Shown: positions 32,643 through 42,777, counted from the first letter of the stretch. The stretch is DNA of 64,000 nucleotides from an uncultured Actinomycetes bacterium (GCA_963739525.1 CAVUAR010000005.1:358915-422914), one strand, 5' to 3'. Numbers and translations are program-made. The notes: generated by a model not told the origin, from the sequence alone.

Positions 32643-34352
32643 GTGACGACATTCGAGCAGGCCCTCTGGGCGCAATCCGCCCCCGGTACGAACCTCAAAG
32701 GCTCCGTCGACGGGGCGAACTGGTGCTTCCTGCTACCTCGTCTCGAGCTGGGCAGAGTCCTCACGCTCGGACGGCCGGCCGCGTCTTCGCTCGCCACCCT
32801 CTCGAAATTGGGAGACGAGGTCGTGGTCTGGGCGAACGCCGTCGATCACGACCGGCTCCAGGCCAAGGTCGAGAAGCGAAACCTCGGGAACGTAAGAATT
32901 CTCGCCGCGGAGCACGGCAAGGCGCTTCCACTGTCCGACGATGTCATCGACGTCGTACTCGTCGCGAGCCCCCGCCTTGCGCGCTCGGGCATCGGCGGCG
33001 CGAAGGTCCACGAGCTCATGCGGGTGCTGAAACCGACCGGCGCCCTCTACGTTGAATCTCGCCTCCTCGACCGGCGCCGCCGCCATGCCTCGGAGTGGTC
33101 CCTCGACCCAACCCAGCACACGTTTCTGTGGGCGGCACCGGCCTGGGGGGAGCTGCGCTTCGCCGCACCGGTTGGCGATCCCGCGGCCACCTCGTACCTC
33201 GAGCGGCACTTTCTCAAGCCGCTTGTCCGTCAAACGCTGCTCAAACGTCCTGGCAGGGTCGCTGCGCGGACACCCCTCGCGAACCGTCTCGTTCGTCGCC
33301 GCGCGCTCATCGTGACTAGAGACGGGGAGACCCGGCTGGCGGGCCCCCCGGCCTACGTCCAAACGATCGCGGAGCAGGCGGGGACGACGGTCGAGGGGCT
33401 TCGGTGGGCCTTCGCCGCACCCGGCGAGCACAGCTCCCAGAAGGCCCTCTTCTTCCTCTTCGACGACGCGGACGTCCAGCCGCGGTCGGTGGTCAAGATC
33501 ACGCGCGACGGAAGCCACAATCCCCGGCTGGAGAACGAATGGCAGGCACTTGGTCTTCTCCAGGAGCGAGGAATCGGAGACGAGCGAACCCGGCCCTCGC
33601 CTCTCTTCTTGGGTCATCACGCGGGCCTGGCGGTCCTGGGCGAGACGGCGATCACCGGAACCCCGTTCGTCGAGCAGACGGAGGCGAGTCACGAGTGCCC
33701 CCACGCACGCCGGGTAGCCGAGTGGCTCCTGGCGCTCGGCGTCTCGACCGCCCATGCCCCCGCGGATCCCTGTCTGGTCGTCAGCCGCCTGCGCGCCGTC
33801 CTCGAGCGCTTCGACGAGCTCTACCGCCCGGATCGTGAGACGAGCCGGCTCCTGTCGGACCAGATGGCCGCACTCGCGGGCAGCGCCGACGCCCTCCGGC
33901 TCGTGTTCCAGCATGGAGACCCGGGCCCGTGGAACATCGTCGTGACACCGGACGGGAGGCCGGGCTTCCTCGACTGGGAGGCGGCAGATCCCGACGGGAT
34001 GCCGCTTTGGGATCTCTTCCACTTCGTGCGCAGCTTTGGGCTCGCCGTCTCGCAGAAGGCGGGCAGGCGTGACCCTGGCAGGAGCTTCGCCGACCAGATC
34101 CTCGCGGAGTCGGGGGTCAACGGGCTTCTCGTCGAGACGACGAACCGTTTCTGTGCCGAGACAGGTGTCTCGACCCGGCTCGTCGAGCCGCTCTTCTATC
34201 TCTGCTGGGTCCACCGTGCGGTGAAGGAGGCTTCTCGACTGTCGCGGAAGGAGCTGCAGTCGGGCCGTTATTTCAACCTCCTGCGTCTCGCAGTCGTCCG
34301 CAGGAACGCGCCTGGACTGCACCGGCTCTTCTCGCCCGCGTCCGGCACCTAG
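32643..34352 (+). CDS. fusion protein: methyltransferase-fold domain (no GxGxG) + APH/choline-kinase-fold phosphotransferase
   Basis: Intact 569 aa. N-domain WCFLLPRLELGRVLTLG...MRVLKPTGALYVE is a paralogue of gene 53187-53792. C-domain VFQHGDPGPWNIVV...GFLDWE carries the APH catalytic and DxD-like motifs. Confidence 0.7.
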   Translation: MTTFEQALWAQSAPGTNLKGSVDGANWCFLLPRLELGRVLTLGRPAASSLATLSKLGDEVVVWANAVDHDRLQAKVEKRNLGNVRILAAEHGKALPLSDDVIDVVLVASPRLARSGIGGAKVHELMRVLKPTGALYVESRLLDRRRRHASEWSLDPTQHTFLWAAPAWGELRFAAPVGDPAATSYLERHFLKPLVRQTLLKRPGRVAARTPLANRLVRRRALIVTRDGETRLAGPPAYVQTIAEQAGTTVEGLRWAFAAPGEHSSQKALFFLFDDADVQPRSVVKITRDGSHNPRLENEWQALGLLQERGIGDERTRPSPLFLGHHAGLAVLGETAITGTPFVEQTEASHECPHARRVAEWLLALGVSTAHAPADPCLVVSRLRAVLERFDELYRPDRETSRLLSDQMAALAGSADALRLVFQHGDPGPWNIVVTPDGRPGFLDWEAADPDGMPLWDLFHFVRSFGLAVSQKAGRRDPGRSFADQILAESGVNGLLVETTNRFCAETGVSTRLVEPLFYLCWVHRAVKEASRLSRKELQSGRYFNLLRLAVVRRNAPGLHRLFSPASGT

Positions 34353-34358
34353 CTTTCG

Positions 34359-35558
34359 ATGCGCATCCTCGTCTGCGCATCGGAGGCCCCGCTTCCACCG
34401 GTGAACGGCTTCCGCCTTATGCTGACAGCCCTGACGAGAGAGCTGGTGCGGGAACACGACGTCCGGGTACTCGCCTTTCGCTCCCCCGACCAGCGCGGGT
34501 CTCCCCCCGACGAAGGCCGGCTGCGTCTTCTTCCTCAACCGGAAGACGCGTTCCTGGTCTCTGCCGTGCAGACGGCAGGCGCGGTTGCGCGGGGGCGACC
34601 GCTCAGGGCCGACCGGCTGGCCTCCCCGATGGCCGACCCTCTGCGCGCGGAGCTGCGTGAGTTCGCGCCCGACGTCGTCCACGTGACCTCCGGCCGGTTG
34701 GCCGGTCTCGGCCGCGCGCTCGGCGGGCGCCCCGCAGTGCTCGGAGCGCTCGATGCCATGCATCTCAACACCGAGGCTCGAGCGCTCGCGGCGTCTGGAT
34801 TCCGCAAGCGTCTCCTCCGCCTCGAGATCGGCCGTGTCCGCCGATTCGAGGCGAGCGAATACAGGCGGTTCGCCCGCGTCACTGTCGTGAGCGACGCCGA
34901 CCGCGCCGCCCTGCTGGAGATCGACCCTTCCCTCGAGATCGACGTCATCCCGAACGGCGTCGACGTCGATTTCTACGCTCCGGATCGCCACGCGGTGGTC
35001 GACGCCGCGCGCATCGTCTTCACCGGCGTGATGAGCTATGCCCCCAACGTCCTCGCAGCTGAGTTCCTGGCGCGAGAGGTCTTCCCACGGGTGCGGACAG
35101 GGCGCCCCGAGGCGCGACTGGCGATCGTCGGGCGCTCGCCGGCGGATGCCGTACGGGCGCTCGGAGAGCTACCGGGAGTCGAGGTCGCCGGCGAGGTGCC
35201 GGACCTCCGCCCCTGGCTGCGGGAAAGCCGTGTCTATGCATGTCCGATGACGAGCGGAACCGGGATCAAGAACAAGCTGCTCGAGGCGATGGCCTGCGGC
35301 CTCCCGTGCGTTGCAACGCCGCTCGCGCTCCAGGGGATCGGCGCAGTCCCCGGCGGTCAGGTTCTCGTCGGCGCCGACGCGGACGAACTCGCACAGGAGA
35401 TCGTCCGTGTCCTTGGCGACGACGCGCTCGCCGCGCGGCTCGGTGCCGCCGGAAGGACCTACGTGTGCTCGGCGCACGACTGGAGCGGGGTCGCACGGAG
35501 CTATGTCAGGGTCTGGGAAGACGCCCGGGCAGCGACGAGAAGAGGCGACGATTCATAG
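34359..35558 (+). CDS. family 4 glycosyltransferase
   Basis: GT-B C-terminal pattern: FTGVMSYAPNV, SGTGIKNKLLEAMACGLPCVAT. Confidence 0.8.
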   Translation: MRILVCASEAPLPPVNGFRLMLTALTRELVREHDVRVLAFRSPDQRGSPPDEGRLRLLPQPEDAFLVSAVQTAGAVARGRPLRADRLASPMADPLRAELREFAPDVVHVTSGRLAGLGRALGGRPAVLGALDAMHLNTEARALAASGFRKRLLRLEIGRVRRFEASEYRRFARVTVVSDADRAALLEIDPSLEIDVIPNGVDVDFYAPDRHAVVDAARIVFTGVMSYAPNVLAAEFLAREVFPRVRTGRPEARLAIVGRSPADAVRALGELPGVEVAGEVPDLRPWLRESRVYACPMTSGTGIKNKLLEAMACGLPCVATPLALQGIGAVPGGQVLVGADADELAQEIVRVLGDDALAARLGAAGRTYVCSAHDWSGVARSYVRVWEDARAATRRGDDS

Positions 35559-35729
35559 GTCGCTCCCGCGTGTGCGCGGCAAACCCTGCTGCGCCCACTC
35601 CTTTCCGCTGCTATGACTCTCCGCATGCCGACCGGGACAGGAGCAAGTGAGGCTCAAGCCGCACGCTCCGGCGAGTTGAACGCGCCGTCGAGCGGAGGAG
35701 ATCGCGACGGGCTCGAGCCGCCACAGCAG

Positions 35730-36954
35730 TTGAAGGTCGCGTACGTCATGTCTCGCTTTCCACGCCTGAGCGAGACCTTCGTCCTCTACGAGATCCTGGC
35801 CGTCGAGGACATGGGCATCGACGTGGAGCTCTACCCGCTGATCCGGGAACGGGCCGAGCGTCGTGCACCCCGAGGCCCTGGAGCTCTGCAACCGCGCGAG
35901 ATTCCAGCCCTTCTTCTCCGCGGCCGTGCTGCGCAGCCAGCTCCACTTTCTCCGCCGCTCGCCTCGGCGGTACCTGGGTACCCTGCGCGATCTGCTCGCG
36001 GGCACGTGGGGCAGCCCCAACTTCTTCGCCGGAGCCGTCGCGATCTTCCCGAAGGTCGCGCACACCGCCCGGCTGATGCAGGCCGACGGAATCGACCACG
36101 TCCACTGCCATTTCGCCAACCACCCTGCGGCGGCGGGTTTCGTGATCCACCGCCTCACAGGCATCCCGTTCAGCTTCACGGCCCACGGCTCCGACCTGCA
36201 TGTCGATCGTCACATGCTCGGCGAGAAGCTCGCCGAAGCCGCGTTCGCCGTACCCATCTCCCGGTACAACCGCGACCTCATGATCGAAGAGTGCGGCGAG
36301 GGTTTCCGCGGAAAGCTCGTCGTCATCCACTGCGGCGTCGACACGCGGGTGTTCCGACCCGTCGGCCGCAAGGCGGAGGACGGGCGCTTCACCGTCCTCT
36401 CCGTCGGGACGCTCCACGAGGTGAAGGGGCAGAAGGATCTCGTCGAGGCATGTCGTCTGCTGCGGGAGGACGGCGTCGACGTCGTCTGCAAGCTCGTCGG
36501 GGAGGGCCCCGACCGCAAGGCTTTGAGCCGGCAGATAGCGGCTGCCGGGCTCGAGGGGCGCGTGACCCTGCTCGGACGCCGCGACCGGTCCGAGGTCGCA
36601 GAGCTCCTGCAAGGGGCTGACGTCCTCGCGGCGCCGAGCGCGCCTACGAGGCGCGGAAAGCGTGAGGGAATCCCGATCGTCCTGATGGAGGCGATGGCCA
36701 GCGGCGTGCCGGTCGTCGCGAGCCGGATCTCGGGGATTCCGGAGCTGGTCGAGGACGGCGTCTCCGGGCTTCTGGTCCCGCCTCGAGACCCGCGGAGCCT
36801 TGCGGATGCCCTGGCCCGGCTCCACGCCGACAGCTCTCTGCGTGAGGCGCTCGCGCCCGCGGGTCGCGCAAAGGTGGAGGCCGAATTCGACCTGCGCCAG
36901 AACGCAGCGGAGCTCGTGCGACAGTTCAGAGCCCATGCGACGGTCCCGGCGTGA
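35730..36954 (+). pseudogene. family 4 glycosyltransferase, single frame switch near 35860
   Basis: N-terminus (L)KVAYVMSRFPRLSETFVLYEI is in the frame of ORF 35613. The rest is in ORF 35863-36954 (HFANHPAAAGF, REGIPIVLMEAMASGVPVVASRISGIPELV). The shift is +1. Confidence 0.8.
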
Positions 36955-38168
36955 AGCGGCGGATCGTCTTCTGGTCTGCCGTGGGCACCGTCGGCACGAC
37001 GTACCTCCTCTTTCCGCTCCTCGTGCTCGCCCGCGCCCGGCTGCGCCCCCGGCCACACCGGTCCGCAGATATCACGCCGGGCGTCACCCTGATCGTCGCC
37101 GCCCACAACGAGGCCGCCGACATCGGCGCGAAGCTCGCGAACGTCCTCGCTCTCGACTATCCGCCCGACCGGCTCCAGGTCGTCGTCGCCTCGGACGGAT
37201 CCGACGACGGAACCGACGAGATCGTTCGACGATTCGCGAGCTCGCGCGTGCAGCTTCTTTCCCTGCCCCGCGAGGGGAAGGCCGCGGCGATCAACGCTGC
37301 GGCCGCCGTAGCGAGCGGCGAGATCCTCGTCTTCTCCGACGCGAACAGCATCTACGCACCCGACGCCCTGCAGGCCCTCGTGCGGCCGTTCGCCGACGAG
37401 GGGGTGGGCGGCGTCGCCGGCGACCAGCGCTACGTCGCCGATGCGGTCTCCGGAGCAGCCGCCTCCGGGGAGCAGCGGTACTGGGACTTCGACCGTTTGA
37501 TGAAATCCGCCGAGAGCCGCGCCGACAACGTCATCTCGGCCACCGGGGCCATCTACGCCGTTCGCGCCTCCCTCTTCGATCGAGTGCCTGAGGGCGTCAC
37601 CGACGACTTCTACACCTCCACCGGCGTGATCGCCCAGGGCTTCAGGCTCGTGTTCGCACCGGACGCAGTCGCGTACGAGCCGGTGGCGCGGAGCGCGAAC
37701 CTCGAGTTCGGGCGGAAGGTCCGAGTGATGACGCGCGGGCTGCGCGCCGTCTTGCTTCGGCGGGCGCTCCTCGACCCGCGCGCGCACGGTCTCTACTCCC
37801 TGCAGCTCTTTGCGCACAAGGTCCTCCGCCGCCTGATGGTCTTCCCGCTCGTCGCCATCGCCGTGACGAGTCCCCTCCTCTGGCGGCGAGGCGCCGTTTA
37901 CCGGATCGCCACGCTCCTCCAGGGCGGCGTGTACGGTCTCGGTGCTCTTGGGATTCTCCTCTCAGCTCGACCGACCGGTCGCCGGAAGGCCCTGATGCTG
38001 CCTGCCTTCTTCTGCTTCGTGAACGCCGCCGCCCTTCGCGCGACCTGGAACGTCGTGAGCGGCAGGCGGATCGACCGGTGGGAGCCGCAGCGGGAGAGTC
38101 CGCCTCAGCTCGAGGAAGAACGTGGCCGCCAGCCCCTCGTCGAGGCACGCGGGAGCGGGGAACGATGA
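36951..38168 (+). CDS. family 2 glycosyltransferase with flanking TM helices (synthase-like)
   Basis: VTLIVAAHNEAADI, VVVASDGSDDGT and FSDANS (DxD). N-terminal TM and 3-4 C-terminal TM helices. 4-nt overlap with the preceding GT4. Confidence 0.8.
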   Translation: MKRRIVFWSAVGTVGTTYLLFPLLVLARARLRPRPHRSADITPGVTLIVAAHNEAADIGAKLANVLALDYPPDRLQVVVASDGSDDGTDEIVRRFASSRVQLLSLPREGKAAAINAAAAVASGEILVFSDANSIYAPDALQALVRPFADEGVGGVAGDQRYVADAVSGAAASGEQRYWDFDRLMKSAESRADNVISATGAIYAVRASLFDRVPEGVTDDFYTSTGVIAQGFRLVFAPDAVAYEPVARSANLEFGRKVRVMTRGLRAVLLRRALLDPRAHGLYSLQLFAHKVLRRLMVFPLVAIAVTSPLLWRRGAVYRIATLLQGGVYGLGALGILLSARPTGRRKALMLPAFFCFVNAAALRATWNVVSGRRIDRWEPQRESPPQLEEERGRQPLVEARGSGER

Positions 38169-39016
38169 GCGGCGCCGCGATCGGTCGGCTCGAGCGGCTC
38201 AAGCACGAGCTCAGCCGACTTCGCGGAGACCCGACAGCAGCGCCCGACGCGAGCATCGTGATTCCGGTCAACGCGGAGGCCGATCTCGAGAACGTCCTCC
38301 ACGTGATCGACGACATCTCCCGGTATGAGGGGAACCGAACCTTCGAAGTCGTGCTCGTCATCAATCACTACCCATCTGACGCCCCACCCGAGGAGCTGAA
38401 GACCTACGCCCGGGCGGGCCTGCGCGCCGTCGGCGTCCCCAACGCGTGGAGGTCGGGGGAGGTCGTCAGCTTCACGGCTCGGATCCCCGGCGCCCGGGAG
38501 GCGGCCTCACCGCTCCTCATCCACTTCGACGCCGATTGTCGGCTGCCGAGCGCGACCGCGCTGCTCGACTGGTACGTGGAGCAATTCGCGCGCGGCGCAG
38601 CCGCGGCGTACACCCACGTGGGCTATTACGACCTCCGCCCGCTCTGGTCGGTTCGCGCCCGGATCGCCGCTCACCATGGCGCCCGCTGGGTGAAGAGGAA
38701 CATCCTGCGTATCCCGACGATTCGCGGGAGCAACTATGCGGTCGATCGCTCCCTTTTCCTCTCGCTTTACGAGCAGGGGCTGCTGACCGACGACCTCAAC
38801 GTCGGCCCGGCGGTGAAGGCGAGCGGGGGCCCCGTCTCGTACGGGAGCGCCAGCGACCTCGCTGTCCTCACGTCGGGGCGCCGGTTCAGGGGCGGCTGGC
38901 TGAGGCTCATGCGTTACCTCTGGTACCGGGCGCGGTACAACATACGCGTCTTGCCGGTTCGCGCGCTCGAGCCGGGAAAGTCGCGGAATCCCTTCCACGA
39001 GAAGCCGCTCCGGTGA
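38165..39016 (+). CDS. glycosyltransferase-like protein (GT-A fold, divergent)
   Basis: ATGA overlap with the upstream GT2. ASIVIPVNAEADLENVL and LIHFDADC resemble GT2 motifs. The rest is divergent. Confidence 0.55.
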   Translation: MSGAAIGRLERLKHELSRLRGDPTAAPDASIVIPVNAEADLENVLHVIDDISRYEGNRTFEVVLVINHYPSDAPPEELKTYARAGLRAVGVPNAWRSGEVVSFTARIPGAREAASPLLIHFDADCRLPSATALLDWYVEQFARGAAAAYTHVGYYDLRPLWSVRARIAAHHGARWVKRNILRIPTIRGSNYAVDRSLFLSLYEQGLLTDDLNVGPAVKASGGPVSYGSASDLAVLTSGRRFRGGWLRLMRYLWYRARYNIRVLPVRALEPGKSRNPFHEKPLR

Positions 39017-39035
39017 CCGTCTTCCTCGGGGTCGC

Positions 39036-39944
39036 ATGATCCTTCCCAACACGGTGATCGCAGGTGCTCCGAAGTCGGGCACGAGCTCGCTGTTCACGTG
39101 GCTCGCCGATCATCCCGAGGTCTGCGGCTCTCGCTTCAAGGAGACTCGCTACTTCCTCGACCCCGGACATGCTCTCCTCGACCCCCGCTCGAACTATCAC
39201 GATCATGGGCTGGCGGGATACGCATCCCACTTCAGCCAGTGCGAAGGCTCGAACACCAAGCTCGTCCTCGAGGCGACGCCCCATTACCTGTACCAACGCA
39301 CCGCGCTCGAGGTGCTTTCAGGCTTCGATCCCCAGCCCTCCGTCGTCTTCCTTTTGCGGAAGCCCTCGGAGCGCGCGTATTCCGAGTACCAGTTCGCACG
39401 GAACAACCGAGCAGTGATCGATCGCGATGTCACGTTTCGTGACTTCATCGAGATGGTGCGGCGCGAAGACACGTTCCTCGCAGGACGCCGACAGCTCGAA
39501 GCGGTGTTGGAGCATGGAAGGTACATCGACTTCCTCGACCGCTGGTCGGGCCGTTTTCCCCGCTCGAAGATTCACATCTTCCTCTTCGAGAACCTCCAGC
39601 GGGACAACCGCTCCTTCATGGAAGACGTGGCCGTGTCGCTCGACATCGAGCCCGCCGTCTACGGGGAGTACGATTTCCCGCTCAAGAACCTGACGTACCA
39701 GGTCAAGCATCAGGCATTGCACCGCATGCGCAGCAGGGTCGGGCGTCGCATCCCCCGTGGCCAAGCGAAGGTCCTGGTCCACAAGACGACAAGAAGGGCG
39801 TACACGGCCTTGAACATCGAGCGGACACGGCCGGCGAAGACCCCGGACGACAAGGCAGTCATCGCCGAGCTCGACACCGAGTTTGCCCCGTGGAACGAGG
39901 AGCTCGCCCGGAAGCTCGACATCGACCTTTCCCCGTGGGAATGA
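39036..39944 (+). CDS. PAPS-dependent sulfotransferase
   Basis: 5'-PSB loop GAPKSGTSSL and 3'-PB motif LLRKPSERAYSEY. 302 aa, intact. Confidence 0.8.
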   Translation: MILPNTVIAGAPKSGTSSLFTWLADHPEVCGSRFKETRYFLDPGHALLDPRSNYHDHGLAGYASHFSQCEGSNTKLVLEATPHYLYQRTALEVLSGFDPQPSVVFLLRKPSERAYSEYQFARNNRAVIDRDVTFRDFIEMVRREDTFLAGRRQLEAVLEHGRYIDFLDRWSGRFPRSKIHIFLFENLQRDNRSFMEDVAVSLDIEPAVYGEYDFPLKNLTYQVKHQALHRMRSRVGRRIPRGQAKVLVHKTTRRAYTALNIERTRPAKTPDDKAVIAELDTEFAPWNEELARKLDIDLSPWE

Positions 39945-41416
39945 CGACAGCGAACGAAGCAGCGGTAAGGGCACGGGGCGGAACCGCGCCTCAGCCTCCC
40001 GGGATTCGTTGGGACGGGCGAGTTGCGATCGAGCCGACGCCGCGCAGACTCGCGGAGGAAGTCGCCCTGCTCGGCTTCTTCTTCATCTTCTATGCCAACA
40101 TCGCGGTGCTGGCGACGCGCTTCCATGGAGTTCCGAGCTTCATCGCCTCGGGCGTCGTCCTGCTCCTCTTCATTCCTCTGGCGAGGTACCTGGTGCTCGA
40201 GCGGCAGCCTCTGGTCGTCACGCCGGTGCTCCCGCTCGTCTTCGCCTTCTTCGGAGCGCTGTTCTTGGCCGCCGCGCTCTCGAAGGACCCTGGCGTGTCG
40301 AAGAGTGCGCTCGCCACCTACCTGACCGAAGGCCTCATCCTCTATCTGATCGTCACGAACGCGGTCAGGACGACGGCTGCGCTGCGGAAGGTCGTCTGGG
40401 TGCTCATCCTCGCCGGAGCCTTCATGGGCGCGCTTTCGATCTTCCAGGAGCTCACGCACACGTATTCGAGCGACTACGGGGGGCTCGCACAGGTCGACCG
40501 CGTCGACAATGGAGGTGGCTTCAACGTCGCGCCACAGGATTCTCCCCAGAAGGTCCTGCGACCCCGGCTGTCAGGACCGCTGGGCAGCGAGAACCGCTAC
40601 GCACAGATCCTGGCCGCTGTGCTCCCACTCGCCCTCATCCGCGCGTTCAGAGAGGAAAGGAGACGTCTTCGGCTCGGAGCCTCGCTCTGCTCGCTCCTGA
40701 TCATGGGCGGCCTGCTCCTCACCTTCTCACGCGGTGCAGCGCTTGCCGTCGCGGTCACGCTCGTGGCCATGGCGCTCCTGCGCGAGCTCCCAATTCGTCA
40801 GCTGCTCGGCGCTCTGGCCGTGCTCACGCTGCTCGTCGCACTGGTCGTGCCCGACTACGTCACGCGTCTGCGCTCCCTGGAGAGCGTGACGGCACTGTCC
40901 TCGTCCCCGTCCTCCGACTCGTCGCAGCACGTCGACTCCTCGATCGCCGGACGGAAGACAGAGAACCTGGCGGCCCTGCACACGTTCCTCGGCCATCCGA
41001 TCGTCGGCGTCGGGCCCGGGGTCTACTTCAAGGAGTACTCACGCCAGACTGCGAACCAGCTCGGGCTCAGATACCTCACGAGCGAGCGCCGCGGACACAG
41101 CCTCTATCTCGAGATGGCCGCGGACACGGGGATGATCGGCCTGGGGACCTTCCTCGCGATGGTCGGCACCGCCATGGTGCTTCTTCTCAAGCAGGCCAGA
41201 CGCTGGCGCCCATACGACCGCGAACGCTCGCTGCTTGCGAGCTCGTTTCTGTTCGCGCTCTTCGGCTACCTCGCGTGCGGTGCCTTCCTCCAGCTCTCGT
41301 ATCAGCGCTACTTCTGGATCCTGCTCGCACTCGGCAGCTCCACGATCTGGGCGCTTCGCCGTGACGAAGAGAAGGGAATCCTTCGCGCTCCTCCGGAGGC
41401 GGAAGCGGCGACCTAG
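39941..41416 (+). CDS. wzy: O-antigen polymerase/ligase family membrane protein (Wzy-like)
   Basis: ATGA overlap with the sulfotransferase. About 10-12 TM helices. LLLTFSRGAALAVAV loop typical of the Wzy_C family. Confidence 0.7.
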   Translation: MTTANEAAVRARGGTAPQPPGIRWDGRVAIEPTPRRLAEEVALLGFFFIFYANIAVLATRFHGVPSFIASGVVLLLFIPLARYLVLERQPLVVTPVLPLVFAFFGALFLAAALSKDPGVSKSALATYLTEGLILYLIVTNAVRTTAALRKVVWVLILAGAFMGALSIFQELTHTYSSDYGGLAQVDRVDNGGGFNVAPQDSPQKVLRPRLSGPLGSENRYAQILAAVLPLALIRAFREERRRLRLGASLCSLLIMGGLLLTFSRGAALAVAVTLVAMALLRELPIRQLLGALAVLTLLVALVVPDYVTRLRSLESVTALSSSPSSDSSQHVDSSIAGRKTENLAALHTFLGHPIVGVGPGVYFKEYSRQTANQLGLRYLTSERRGHSLYLEMAADTGMIGLGTFLAMVGTAMVLLLKQARRWRPYDRERSLLASSFLFALFGYLACGAFLQLSYQRYFWILLALGSSTIWALRRDEEKGILRAPPEAEAAT

Positions 41417-41454
41417 CTCCGTCTGCCGGTCCTTCACGTCGACCGGGGGAATCC

Positions 41455-42663
41455 CTACCGGGGCGCGTGGGTCCAGTCGGTCCACCCGAAGTTTCGGCCG
41501 ACCTGAGTCCCGACCTCGACCGGAAACGACGCGCCGTAGCGGTAGTTGATGATCCAGTAGGCCGGGACACGAGGCTCCCACCACTCCGCGTCCGGGAAGC
41601 GCCGCCCGAGGTCGTAGAGGAATCGGGTGGCGCGGAGGAGCGCCTGGTTCTCCCACGAGTAGACGTCGTACCCTTGCCTGTAGAGGATCTCGGCGAGCGC
41701 AACGTAGCCACTCAGGGCCTCGCGCGGATACTGGGTATAGACAGGAGGCCACTGGAACGGACCACCCCGGCGCATGTCGTCGGGGAGTGCGCCGTCGATG
41801 GAGTGTCCGTCCTTCGTCGCGCCCCGAGGGTTCACGCCCTTGGGCCGCTTCGGATCGGCCTGCCAGGAGAGGTCGTCGTTGTACCCGCCCGCTCGAAAGC
41901 CCTTGCCGACGTCCTCGGGACCGAATAGGGGGCCGGGTATTCCGGGGTAGGCCGACCGATCACCGAGCCAACCCTTCATGACCTTCGCAGCCCGAGCGAG
42001 ATCCTCCTCGTCACCGAGGTAGGCGGCGATCGCCACTCGGCTGGCGCCGGCCATGCCTCCCCAGTTGTTCATGGCGCGCTCGGCGGTCCCGATGAGCGTC
42101 TGTTCGGGCACGGCTTCGGACGTCAGCGTCTCCGTGCGCACGTGCGCAAGCCACTGACGGAAGGCAGCGTCCGCCGAGGGGTCGTAGACCCTGAGATCGA
42201 TCAAGTCGGCGGCGATGACGTCGGAGAGGAGGTTTCGGCCTGCGGCGAGGGTGCTCCCGCCCTCCTCGGTGCCCATGGCGCTCTCGATCGCGGCGGCGGC
42301 CTCTTTTCGGTAGCTCTCGTCTCCGGTGCGGGCATAGACGAGCGCGACCGCCATCGTGAGCACGTCGTGGTTCGAGTCTTGGTCTGCGATGTCCGCCTTC
42401 CCGAGCGGCCCGTCGGCTGCCGCCTTCACCCGCTCCCAGGCCGCTCCCGCCATGGGAAGCGCCCGGACCTCGGCAGGGGAGATCCAGATTCCGACCGAGG
42501 CCGGTTCCCGGGTCGGAGCGGGCGGCGGGGTCGTCTCGGCGTGCGCAGCCGCCCTCGCCTGCTCTCGCTCCTGGCGCTGGAGCGCCTGGTTGTCCTCACC
42601 AGAGCCACGGCAAGCCGGGATGAGAAGCAAGCAGGCCAACGAGAAGGCGGCGACGGATCTCAC
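41455..42663 (-). CDS. secreted or lipoprotein, alginate-lyase-like (alpha/alpha toroid) polysaccharide lyase candidate
   Basis: Signal peptide with possible lipobox LLLIPAC. NHDVLTMAVALVYARTGDESYR and MNNWGGMAG resemble the alginate_lyase (PF05426-type) family. Needs HMM confirmation. Confidence 0.5.
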   Translation of the reverse strand: MRSVAAFSLACLLLIPACRGSGEDNQALQRQEREQARAAAHAETTPPPAPTREPASVGIWISPAEVRALPMAGAAWERVKAAADGPLGKADIADQDSNHDVLTMAVALVYARTGDESYRKEAAAAIESAMGTEEGGSTLAAGRNLLSDVIAADLIDLRVYDPSADAAFRQWLAHVRTETLTSEAVPEQTLIGTAERAMNNWGGMAGASRVAIAAYLGDEEDLARAAKVMKGWLGDRSAYPGIPGPLFGPEDVGKGFRAGGYNDDLSWQADPKRPKGVNPRGATKDGHSIDGALPDDMRRGGPFQWPPVYTQYPREALSGYVALAEILYRQGYDVYSWENQALLRATRFLYDLGRRFPDAEWWEPRVPAYWIINYRYGASFPVEVGTQVGRNFGWTDWTHAPR

Positions 42664-42777
42664 GGCCAGAGCTTGCCACCGCGTGCGACGTCGGCGTCGC
42701 GCTTGTCGCGACGCTCCCGACCTGCCTTGACGTGCCCGTGAGACCCTGTTATCCCTCCAGCCGGTGGCGGGACAAGG

